Below are positions 56,258 to 64,000 of a stretch of DNA of 64,000 bases, one piece after another. Position 1 is the first letter of the stretch; each line of letters opens with the position of its first letter. This stretch comes from Planctomycetota bacterium (GTDB taxonomy: Bacteria > Planctomycetota > UBA1135 > UBA2386): assembly GCA_965223545.1 (NCBI GenBank), contig OZ245006.1, positions 2,752,001 to 2,816,000 on the forward strand. The letters are read 5' to 3'. The notes below the pieces were generated by a model, which did no database searches, was not told the DNA's origin, and saw only the letters and a list, made by a program, of their open reading frames with translations. The translations under genes were made by a program, and so were the position numbers.

Positions 56258-57310
56258 CTACACCCACCCCTCGACCGCCGAGTGATCTCCGGGGCCGAAC
56301 ATGCTGCGCGAGGTGTTGCTGATGATCTTGGCGCCGTCGAACTCGATGCGGTACTGCATCCGCTCCAAGCCCGCCCTCCCCATGAAGGCGTCCAGCTCGC
56401 GGTGCGCGCGCGGCGCATACACCATGAAAAAGCCACCGCCACCGGCTCCGGACACCTTGCCGCCGAGCACGCCGAACCGCTCCTTGATCTCGCGGTAGAG
56501 CTCGTCGATGCCAGGGATGGTGATCTTGGCGGACAGCCGCTGCTTCTGCTCCCAATGGGCGTCCATCAGCTGGCCGAAACGGTCGTAGTTCTCCGCTTCG
56601 ATCGCGGCCAACGACTCCTCGCCGAGCGCTTTGATGCGGTGCAGGGCGTCCTGCACCTCGGCGTGCTCGGGAGACGATGGCGACTTCATCGCCTCGTCCT
56701 GGTCGCGCAGCATCGCCGGCGCGCTGCGCCGCACGCCAGTCCAGTACAGCTGGGTATTGGCGACGAAGTCGGCAATCGATGCCGGCTTGATCGCCGCCGA
56801 GCGAACGGTGACCCGACCATCGGTCGCGATGTCGAGCACGGTCATCCCGCCGTACACCGCCATGTACTGGTCTTGCTTGCCAATGCCCTTGCCCAATGCG
56901 TTGATCTCGATGTCGCACGCTTCTTCCGCGAGCTCCTGCAGATCACACAGGTTGCGGCGGTAGACGCGCAGCGCGGTCAGCAGGCCGACGAGATAGCAGC
57001 TGGACGAGCCGAGGCCCGTGCCGGCCCGCAGGTCGGCGATCGATGCCACCTCCATCCGCGACAGCACGCCGTGCCGCTTCAACGCTTCCCTGGCCAGCTC
57101 GTGTTGCAGCTGGTCGGGATGGTCGACGGTCTCGCTCTTGGTGTACTTGACGCGGATCTTTGGATCGATCGCCGGCGGGTTGATCGACACGTACATGTAC
57201 TTGTCGATTCCCATCGCCAACACCAGTCCACCGTGCTGCCGGTAATAGGACGGTAGGTCGGTGCCACCACCCCCGAGGGTCACGCGAAACGGAGTGCGGG
57301 AGACGATCAT
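56258..57310 (-). CDS. hddA: D-glycero-D-manno-heptose 7-phosphate kinase (GHMP family)
   Basis: SRTPFRVTLGGGGTDLP, GTGLGSSS, GKQDQY, GGKVSGAGGGGF. Confidence 0.85.
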   Translation of the reverse strand: MIVSRTPFRVTLGGGGTDLPSYYRQHGGLVLAMGIDKYMYVSINPPAIDPKIRVKYTKSETVDHPDQLQHELAREALKRHGVLSRMEVASIADLRAGTGLGSSSCYLVGLLTALRVYRRNLCDLQELAEEACDIEINALGKGIGKQDQYMAVYGGMTVLDIATDGRVTVRSAAIKPASIADFVANTQLYWTGVRRSAPAMLRDQDEAMKSPSSPEHAEVQDALHRIKALGEESLAAIEAENYDRFGQLMDAHWEQKQRLSAKITIPGIDELYREIKERFGVLGGKVSGAGGGGFFMVYAPRAHRELDAFMGRAGLERMQYRIEFDGAKIISNTSRSMFGPGDHSAVEGWV

Positions 57311-57939
57311 GCAGACTCGATCCTGTCGCGCAGCGCGGTCGCCACCAAGTGGTGGAGCACCGCGTGCAGTCCTTCGGTATGCGGGGTCGACTCGACCGGG
57401 ACGACGACCACCGCGTCGCAGAGCGCCGCCATCGGCCCACCGTCGAAACCCACCAGGCCGACCGCCGCACCAGAATGAGCGCGGGCGTATCGCAACGCCG
57501 CGAGGACGTTCTGGCTCCACGGCCCCGCCTTGTCCGCACCGGCCCCGCCGTGCACGGAGATGCCGAACGCCACGTCCCCCGGTCGCCACCAGGTCTCGAG
57601 CTGCTCGACGTAGACCCGCGCGAAGCCGTCATCGTTGGTCAACGCCGACAGCAACGGCAGGTTGTCGTTGAGACTCAGCGCCCGCGGCCGCGCCTTGCCC
57701 TCGACCTGACAGCACTTGAACAGATCGGCGGCCAGGTGCTGCGCGGTCGAAGCCGAACCGCCGTTGCCAAACGTGTAGATGGTGTTGCCACGCTGCCACG
57801 CGGCGAACAACACGTCCACCAACGCGTCGACCGCGCGCGCGTCGATCATCGCCAGCACACTCTGTGCGCGCTGCAGGTACCGGGCTGTGCCGCCTCGCGC
57901 CCGGCCGCCGCCGGCTCGTTGTTTCTCAGGGGACGTCAC
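57307..57939 (-). CDS. gmhA: Sedoheptulose-7-phosphate isomerase (SIS domain)
   Basis: FGNGGSASTAQHLAAD, ALTND, GFDGG, EGLH; start uncertain. Confidence 0.8.
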   Translation of the reverse strand: MTSPEKQRAGGGRARGGTARYLQRAQSVLAMIDARAVDALVDVLFAAWQRGNTIYTFGNGGSASTAQHLAADLFKCCQVEGKARPRALSLNDNLPLLSALTNDDGFARVYVEQLETWWRPGDVAFGISVHGGAGADKAGPWSQNVLAALRYARAHSGAAVGLVGFDGGPMAALCDAVVVVPVESTPHTEGLHAVLHHLVATALRDRIESA

Positions 57940-58051
57940 GGCCGGAACGCGGATGAAGCCCGCATGAGCGATCGTGGTAAACGGCGGAGAGTAGGCACGC
58001 CCCCGGCCGCCGTCAAAGGCCGCCTGATGGTCTCCGGAGAATCCGCGCGGC

Positions 58052-59068
58052 ATGCTGCGGGGCATGGCGGACCACTATCCGACTCTCCTCGTCGGCGCCG
58101 GCGCCATCGGCCAGCGCCGCGCCGCGGTCGCCGCCGCAGAACCACGCACCCCGCTGGTCGGTGTCTGCGATGTCGATGGGGCTGCGGCCGCGCAGGTGGC
58201 GACGGCCCACGGCGGTCGAGCCTTCGCCGATTGGCGGCCCGCGCTCGTCGAGACCCGCCCGCGGGTGGTCGTCGTCGCCACCCCGAACGCCTTCCACCGC
58301 AGAATCGTCTGCGCCGCGCTCGACAGCGGTGCCGCGGTTCTGACCGAAAAGCCGTTCGGCCGCAACGCGGACGAGGCGCGCACGATGTTCGACGCCGATC
58401 CGGAGCAGCGCCGGCTCGCGGTCGGCTTCAACCACCGATTCCATCCCGCCGTCGACACCCTCCATCGAATGGTGAACGGCGGCGCCATCGGGACAGTGCT
58501 GTTCGTGCGCGCGGTGTACGGACACGGCGGGCGCGCTGGCTACGACAGTGAGTGGCGCTTCGATCCGTCCACCGCCGGCGGGGGCGAGTTGCTCGACCAA
58601 GGCGTGCACCTCGTCGACCTCTTGTGCTGGCTGCTCGGCGAGCCGGAGCGCGTGCAGTCCGAGCTCGGCAGCCTGCACTGGGACGGGCGGGTCGAGGACA
58701 ACGCCTTCGCACTGCTGCGCTTCGCCGGCGGCGCCATCGCCAGCATGCACGCGTCGTGGACGCAGTGGCGCAACCGCTACCAGATCGAGGTCTACGGCGC
58801 CACCGGCGCGCTCGAGCTGCACGGGTTGACCGGCAGCTACGGCGCTCCCACGCTGACGCTCTGGCAGCGCCAGGAGTCGGGCGCGCCCGTCCGACGCGAG
58901 ATCCCGGTCGCGGCCGAGGACCTCAGCTGGGCTGCGCAGTGGGCCGACCTCGTGGCGGCCCTCGACGACGGACGGCCGCCGCGCGTCGGCGGCGCCGAAG
59001 GCCTGCGCGCGATGCGAGTGGTCGACGCCCTCTACCGCAACGCCGGCCGCGCCACGCGCGGCTCGTAG
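58052..59068 (+). CDS. Gfo/Idh/MocA-family oxidoreductase
   Basis: GAGAIG, ATPNAFH, EKP, GFNHRFHP, GGGELLDQGVH. Confidence 0.9.
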   Translation: MLRGMADHYPTLLVGAGAIGQRRAAVAAAEPRTPLVGVCDVDGAAAAQVATAHGGRAFADWRPALVETRPRVVVVATPNAFHRRIVCAALDSGAAVLTEKPFGRNADEARTMFDADPEQRRLAVGFNHRFHPAVDTLHRMVNGGAIGTVLFVRAVYGHGGRAGYDSEWRFDPSTAGGGELLDQGVHLVDLLCWLLGEPERVQSELGSLHWDGRVEDNAFALLRFAGGAIASMHASWTQWRNRYQIEVYGATGALELHGLTGSYGAPTLTLWQRQESGAPVRREIPVAAEDLSWAAQWADLVAALDDGRPPRVGGAEGLRAMRVVDALYRNAGRATRGS

Positions 59069-59766
59069 CAGCGACGCGCAGCGGCCAGGGCCGCGGGCGT
59101 GTCGATCGCCAGACAACGGCCAGCGATGGCGTGGCCGGCCAGGATGCCCCCGTTGCGCAGCACGTGTGGGAACACGGCCCGCGCGAAGTCGGCAGCGCGA
59201 TCGCGGCGCACGTGCTCCAGCAACGCGGGCTCGACCACGTAACAACCGGCGTTGACCCACGGCAGCGCGGGATCGTCGACGCCTTCGAGAAAGCGCAGCA
59301 CGCGCCCCGCGCGGTCCATCTCGACGCGACCACCGAACAAGCCGGTGTGCTCGTGCGCGGCCGGTGAGTAGAGCGCCAGGGTGGCGATGGCGGCATTGGC
59401 GGCGTGTGCGCGCCGCAGGCCATCGAGCTCGAAGTCGAGGACGTTGTCGCCGTAGACCACCAGAAACGGGGCGTCGCCGAGCTCGGGGGCGAGGTGGGCA
59501 CAGGTGCCGGCGGTGCCGAGCAGCTCTGGCTCGTGAAGATAGCGGATGCGCAACCCGAACCGGCTGCCGTCGCCGATTGCCGCGGGGATCATCTCCGGCA
59601 AGTGGTGCAGGTTGATCCAAACCTCCTCGATGCCGCTCGCCGCGAGCCAGTCCAAGTTGCGCTCGAGCACCGGCCGACCGCCCACCGACACCAACGGCTT
59701 GGGCATGTTCTCGGTCAACTCGCCGAGGCGCGCACCCAACCCCGCCGCCAACACTACCGCCTTCAT
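59032..59766 (-). CDS. NDP-sugar pyrophosphorylase (HddC/GMPP-like)
   Basis: AVVLAAGLGARL, PKPL, LLGTAG, VVYGD, NAGCY. Confidence 0.88.
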   Translation of the reverse strand: MKAVVLAAGLGARLGELTENMPKPLVSVGGRPVLERNLDWLAASGIEEVWINLHHLPEMIPAAIGDGSRFGLRIRYLHEPELLGTAGTCAHLAPELGDAPFLVVYGDNVLDFELDGLRRAHAANAAIATLALYSPAAHEHTGLFGGRVEMDRAGRVLRFLEGVDDPALPWVNAGCYVVEPALLEHVRRDRAADFARAVFPHVLRNGGILAGHAIAGRCLAIDTPAALAAARRCYEPRVARPALR

Positions 59767-60737
59767 TCGCTGTTCCTCTCGCCGGCACCGACACCGGCCG
59801 CACCATGCACCGGCCCACCCCCGCGGGCCGTCAGGTGCTGGATACAACACCGCAGTCCGTCTTGCAACGACATCCGCGGGCGCCATCCCAGCGCCGCCAA
59901 GGGCCGCGGGTCGGCCAGCGTTTCGGCGGCCTCTCCCGGCAGCGCCGGCAGGTGCCGGGGTGGGACGCGGCGGCCAACCAACCGGGCGACCTCCTCGTAG
60001 ACGTCGAGGACGGAGACACTGCGGCCGGTGCCGACATCGAAGGTGCGACCATCGGTCCGCGGCTCGGCCAAGCAGAGCAGGTGCACGCGGCAGACGTCTT
60101 CGACGTCGACGAAGTCGCGGCGGACGTCGCCGCGGCCGTAGATCACCGGCGCTCGTCCGGCCAAGAGCTGCTGGGCGAACGCCACCATCACCGGCGGTAC
60201 CGCGCGACGGTCGTCCTGCCGCGCACCGTACACGTTGAAGTAGCGCAGCACGGTCGCGCGCAGGCCGTGGTAGCGCGCGTGACTGCGGACCAGCTCGGCA
60301 CCGGCGTGTTTGGTGATCGCGTACGGCCCCAACGGCGCGACCCGATCGACGCCCGCGGGCAGGTCGCGAATGCCCTCGTACACGGCCGACGAATCGGCGT
60401 AGATCACCTTGGCCACGCCCGCCAACCGACACGCCTCGAGCACCTGCGCGGTCCCCCGCACGTTGATGTCAGCGGTCTCCACCGGATGGCTGAGACAATC
60501 GGATGGGCAGTTGCGCGCGGCCAGGTGGAACACGGCGTCGACACCTTCGAACAGCGGCACTACGGCCGGATCGCGGACGTCCAGCCCGGCGAAGTCGACG
60601 CCCGCCGGGACGTGCTCCACGCGACCGGCGGAGAGATCGTCGATGCCGGCGACCCGATAGCCCGCCCGCAGTAGTGCCTCACAGGTGTGACTGCCGATGA
60701 AACCGGCGCAGCCGGTGACCAGCACGCGCCGGCTCAT
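59763..60737 (-). CDS. NAD-dependent epimerase/dehydratase
   Basis: VTGCAGFIGSH, HLAA, YAITK, RYFNVYG, RDFVDVED. Confidence 0.9.
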   Translation of the reverse strand: MSRRVLVTGCAGFIGSHTCEALLRAGYRVAGIDDLSAGRVEHVPAGVDFAGLDVRDPAVVPLFEGVDAVFHLAARNCPSDCLSHPVETADINVRGTAQVLEACRLAGVAKVIYADSSAVYEGIRDLPAGVDRVAPLGPYAITKHAGAELVRSHARYHGLRATVLRYFNVYGARQDDRRAVPPVMVAFAQQLLAGRAPVIYGRGDVRRDFVDVEDVCRVHLLCLAEPRTDGRTFDVGTGRSVSVLDVYEEVARLVGRRVPPRHLPALPGEAAETLADPRPLAALGWRPRMSLQDGLRCCIQHLTARGGGPVHGAAGVGAGERNSE

Positions 60738-61297
60738 CCGCCCGCACTCAGCTCGCTTTCCCGCACCGCGCGCACCACTGGCAAGACCCCGCCCACCCCC
60801 GACACCTCGTAGTCCGCAGCCGGGCGATCCGCTTCTCGACCCTGCGGCTCGCGCAGACCGATGGATCGCGCTCCGGCGCGCCGCGCCGCGCGCACCCAAT
60901 TCCAGTCGCGGGCGACGACGAAAGAGCGGCGCAGGTCGATGGCCTGCTCGGCGGCAGCGCGCACGAGGAGCCCCGGCGCCGGCGGCGCACAGTCACAACG
61001 CCGCTCGGCCGCGGCACTGTGTGGGCATACGTAGAACGACCGGTCGGCGGCCAACCCCAGCCCCCGCGCCACGGCGCCGTGCCACCGCGTCAACTCGACC
61101 GGCGCGAGGCGGCCTTCGCCGATCTCCGGCTGGCGCGCCAACAGCGCGACCCGGTAGCCCAGCTCGGTCAATCCGCGGACCGTTACGCCGGCGTGCCGCC
61201 GCAGCACCGGTGCGGGCGCACCCGTGCCCGAATCGGCCGGACCGAGCGCCAACATCGCGTCGCGCTCGAGGAAAACTGCGGGTCTCGTCAGACTCAT
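60734..61297 (-). CDS. gmhB: GmhB-like HAD phosphatase with degenerate catalytic motifs
   Basis: AVFLERD, CPH...CDC..PAPGLL, IDLRRSFVV; operon context. Confidence 0.7.
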   Translation of the reverse strand: MSLTRPAVFLERDAMLALGPADSGTGAPAPVLRRHAGVTVRGLTELGYRVALLARQPEIGEGRLAPVELTRWHGAVARGLGLAADRSFYVCPHSAAAERRCDCAPPAPGLLVRAAAEQAIDLRRSFVVARDWNWVRAARRAGARSIGLREPQGREADRPAADYEVSGVGGVLPVVRAVRESELSAGG

Positions 61298-61335
61298 CGC
61301 TAGAACGACACTCCGCTATACGCACCGACGCGCGA

Positions 61336-61438
61336 AACGTACGGTGTCAGACTCGATTTTCTCGCTTCGCGGTGCCGCACCGGCCGTTGGCCGGTGCGGC
61401 ACCGCGAAGCGAGAAAATCGAGTCTGACACCGTACGTT
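61336..61438. repeat. Perfect 50-bp inverted repeat with a 3-nt loop (REP/REPIN-like)
   Basis: 61336-61385 is the exact reverse complement of 61389-61438. Confidence 0.95.
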
Positions 61439-62238
61439 CATCGCTGGGGCTTGAGGACCCGGTAGGCCAGGCGCGTGCGGGCGCCGTAGAGGCGGTGCAG
61501 CAGGAGGGCGAAGGAGCCGCGCGGCCCAAGCTCGGCGGCGTGGCGCCGGGCGGTGCGGTAGGCGGCGTCCAGCTGCGCGCTGGTGCTGCGCGAACCCTTG
61601 GCGGCGGCGTGCACGCGGAAGTCGGCGAGCGTGTCGGGCAACACGGTGGGCGGCGCGATCCGCGCGAACCGAAACCACAGGTCGTAGTCCATGTCCAGGT
61701 GGAGTTCGGGCTCGAGGCCGCCGGCGGACTCCCACAGGGCCCGGTTGAAGAACACCGCCATCTGCGAGATGAAGTTCTCGGTGACCAAGCGCGCCCGCGA
61801 GAAGCGGCGGCCTCGCCAGCGCTTGTAGGCCGAGACCCACGCGCTGCAAGGGCGCCCTCCGGCATCGATCATGCCGGCGCTGCCGTACAACCAGAGTGGG
61901 CCGGGCTTGTCGGCCATGGCGGCAACCACTCGGCGCAAGGCTCCCGGGCGCAGCCGGTCGTCCGAGTTCAGCCAACCCAAGATCGGTGCGCGGGCCGCGG
62001 CGAGGCCCAGGTTGACCGCGTCCGACTGGCCCGAGTCCGGTTCGAAGCACAGGCGCAATCGCGGACCGTACTCGTCGTGCAGCCGCCGCAGCAGGTCGCG
62101 CGATCCATCGACCGAGCCGGGGTCGCGCACGATCAGCTCGCTCTCCACCGGCTGGTCCAACACCGAGCGGACCGCCTCCTCGAGGAACGGTCGCTGGTCG
62201 AGCGACGGCATCACCACGCTGATCGCGGGCGTGCTCAT
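61438..62238 (-). CDS. GT2 glycosyltransferase
   Basis: ISVVMPSLDQ, DPGSVD, WLNSDD, MDYDLW. Confidence 0.9.
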   Translation of the reverse strand: MSTPAISVVMPSLDQRPFLEEAVRSVLDQPVESELIVRDPGSVDGSRDLLRRLHDEYGPRLRLCFEPDSGQSDAVNLGLAAARAPILGWLNSDDRLRPGALRRVVAAMADKPGPLWLYGSAGMIDAGGRPCSAWVSAYKRWRGRRFSRARLVTENFISQMAVFFNRALWESAGGLEPELHLDMDYDLWFRFARIAPPTVLPDTLADFRVHAAAKGSRSTSAQLDAAYRTARRHAAELGPRGSFALLLHRLYGARTRLAYRVLKPQR

Positions 62239-63428
62239 CCGGCGCACAGCTCCCGCGCTTGCAGCAGCCAACCGGCACGGCGCGGCCCGAGCCTCGGTTC
62301 GAGCGGCGCAACCTTGGTCGTGCGCGCGCAAGACAACACGGCCTTGACCGGTGAGCGGCCGCCATCGACGGCGATGGCGAGCTCGAACTCTTCGCCCGGC
62401 GCCAAGAGCCCCGAGCGTACGTCCCGGCCACCGCAGCGGACGCCGACGACCTGACCTTGGACATCGAGGTTGCGGCCACGAACGGTCAAGCGCGTGGCGC
62501 GGCCGTCGTCCGGCAACCAAAGGTGGCCCAAGCCACCGACGTAGCCATCGCGCCAGACCCCCTGCGCGTTCTCGAGCCAGCGTCGCAAGACCCGCTCCGC
62601 CGTGGCGACCGGGCGCCGCACCATCCGCGCCATCCGCGGCGAGGCCGGCGCGTCGCCGCGCACCGCCGGAGCCTCCTCGGCGATCAACCCACAACGCCGC
62701 GCCACGGTCGTCGACGTGTGGGCCACGCCCGCCGGCGACCAACCGTGCACGCCGTGGCGCCGCAGGATGGACAACAGCTCGCGCAGGCGACGCATACCCC
62801 CGGTCGAGGTCTTGGTATCACCGTGCAGCCGGCCGGCGGCGAGTACGGAATCGACGTACGCGAAGCGCCGCCGCGCACCCAGCCGCATCCACAGATCCCA
62901 GTCGAGGCCCCAATGCAGGGACTCGTCCAGCAGTCCACTCTCGAACAAGGCCGCCCGCCGAAAGAACACGGTCGGCTGCAGGATGTAGTCGGCGACGTGC
63001 ATCAGCCGCCACAGGTCGAACGGCACGGTCTCGGGAAAGCGGCGCAGGACCTCGCCGTTCTCGTCGACGAGGTTGCCCTCACCGTAGACGAGCGCGGCCT
63101 CCCGGTCGGCCTGCAGGGCCTCGACCGCGTTGCGCACGGCGTGCGGGTAGTAGAAGTCATCCGAGTTGAGCCACGCGACGACTTCGCCCCTGCTGCGCCG
63201 AAACCCCGTGTTGATCGCATCACATTGCCCGCCGTCGCGACGGCTCTCGAAGGTGATCCGGTCGCCGTAGCTCTGCAGGATCTCGATCGTGCCGTCGGTC
63301 GATCCACCGTCGCAGACCAGCACCTCGATCGGCGCGTAGTCTTGACTCAGTACCGAGTCGATCGCGACGCGCACGAAGCGTGCCTGCTGGAACGAGGGAA
63401 TGACGATGCTGACCAACGGCGGCGTCAT
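62235..63428 (-). CDS. GT2 glycosyltransferase
   Basis: VSIVIPSFQQ, DGGSTD, WLNSDD, QPTVFFR. Confidence 0.9.
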   Translation of the reverse strand: MTPPLVSIVIPSFQQARFVRVAIDSVLSQDYAPIEVLVCDGGSTDGTIEILQSYGDRITFESRRDGGQCDAINTGFRRSRGEVVAWLNSDDFYYPHAVRNAVEALQADREAALVYGEGNLVDENGEVLRRFPETVPFDLWRLMHVADYILQPTVFFRRAALFESGLLDESLHWGLDWDLWMRLGARRRFAYVDSVLAAGRLHGDTKTSTGGMRRLRELLSILRRHGVHGWSPAGVAHTSTTVARRCGLIAEEAPAVRGDAPASPRMARMVRRPVATAERVLRRWLENAQGVWRDGYVGGLGHLWLPDDGRATRLTVRGRNLDVQGQVVGVRCGGRDVRSGLLAPGEEFELAIAVDGGRSPVKAVLSCARTTKVAPLEPRLGPRRAGWLLQARELCAG

Positions 63429-63531
63429 GTCGGCCGCCGATTCTACGGTCAGCCCGCTAACTCAGAACGACGGAAGTAGGAGCCGGACGCGATCTTCCCG
63501 CTCGCCGTTCGCTGCGCGGCGGGCCCGCGGC

Positions 63532-64000
63532 TCAGGCCGGCTTGCGCGCGCCCTGGCGCAGCTCTTCCATCTCGTCGATGACGCGCTTCGGCGCGCGGTA
63601 GCCGCGGTGCTGCAGGATCTTGTCGATCTCGTCGGGCCGGTTGGCCTTCTCTCGCGCCGCTTCCATATCGATCTTCTCGTCGATCACCAGCTCGGCGAGC
63701 GCCTGCTCGAGGGTCAACATGCCGACGCTCTTGCCGGTTTGCTGCAGACTCAGCATCTGCGAGGTCTTGCCCTCGCGGATCAGCGAGCGCACGCCGTCGG
63801 TGGCGACCAGGATCTCGCGCGCGGCGACGCGGCCACCGCTGCGGCAGGGCAGCAGCACCTGCGAGATGACGCCGACCAGCGTGGCCGACAACACCAACCG
63901 CACCTGCGGCTGCGCCTCGGACGAGAACACGTCGATGATGCGATCGATGGTCTGGATCGCGCCGACCGTGTGCAGCGTCGCCAGCACGAGGTGGCCGGTC
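63532..64000 (-). CDS. pilT: Type IV pilus retraction ATPase (3' part only)
   Basis: TGHLVLATLHT, TIDRIIDVF, GRVAAREIL, LIREGKT.Q, GMLTLEQ. Confidence 0.85.
   Translation of the reverse strand, partial: TGHLVLATLHTVGAIQTIDRIIDVFSSEAQPQVRLVLSATLVGVISQVLLPCRSGGRVAAREILVATDGVRSLIREGKTSQMLSLQQTGKSVGMLTLEQALAELVIDEKIDMEAAREKANRPDEIDKILQHRGYRAPKRVIDEMEELRQGARKPA

Overview
High-GC bacterial window, most likely from Planctomycetota. The 16S carries PVC/planctomycete-type signatures, the 5S rRNA is short (~109 nt), and there is a Hanks-type kinase plus FG-GAP and other large exported proteins. Main contents, in order: exported hypothetical proteins; an IS110-family element; tamB-tamA; a Tat-signal asparaginase, a Fur regulator and a YgiQ radical SAM gene; a second Omp85-like barrel; an O-antigen-ligase-like protein; a tandem thioredoxin gene; a glyoxalase; an M17 aminopeptidase; a Ser/Thr kinase; a complete minus-strand rrn operon (16S-tRNAIle-tRNAAla-23S-5S); a ~23 kb surface-glycan locus (gmd, fcl, many glycosyltransferases, wzm/wzt, GDP-heptose genes); and a partial pilT. 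Highlights: (1) an exported tandem thioredoxin that the ORF track splits at an in-frame UGA. The UGA aligns with the catalytic Cys of the gene's own second domain (UGAC vs CHAC) and is followed by a SECIS-like hairpin, so this is a probable selenoprotein. (2) An IS110 inserted at the centre of a palindromic repeat. Its left non-coding end contains exact copies of both its target and donor junctions, as expected for a bridge RNA, and further empty repeat copies lie in the window. (3) A C-terminal domain shared by several unrelated secreted proteins, a candidate sorting/anchoring signal. (4) A sulfotransferase-coiled coil-glycosyltransferase fusion next to wzt, a possible sulfate-capping glycan terminator. 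(5) A degenerate GmhB, an NPEPL1-like aminopeptidase, and a gene with a frameshifted Cys-rich tail. All family calls come from motifs recognised by eye; no searches were run.
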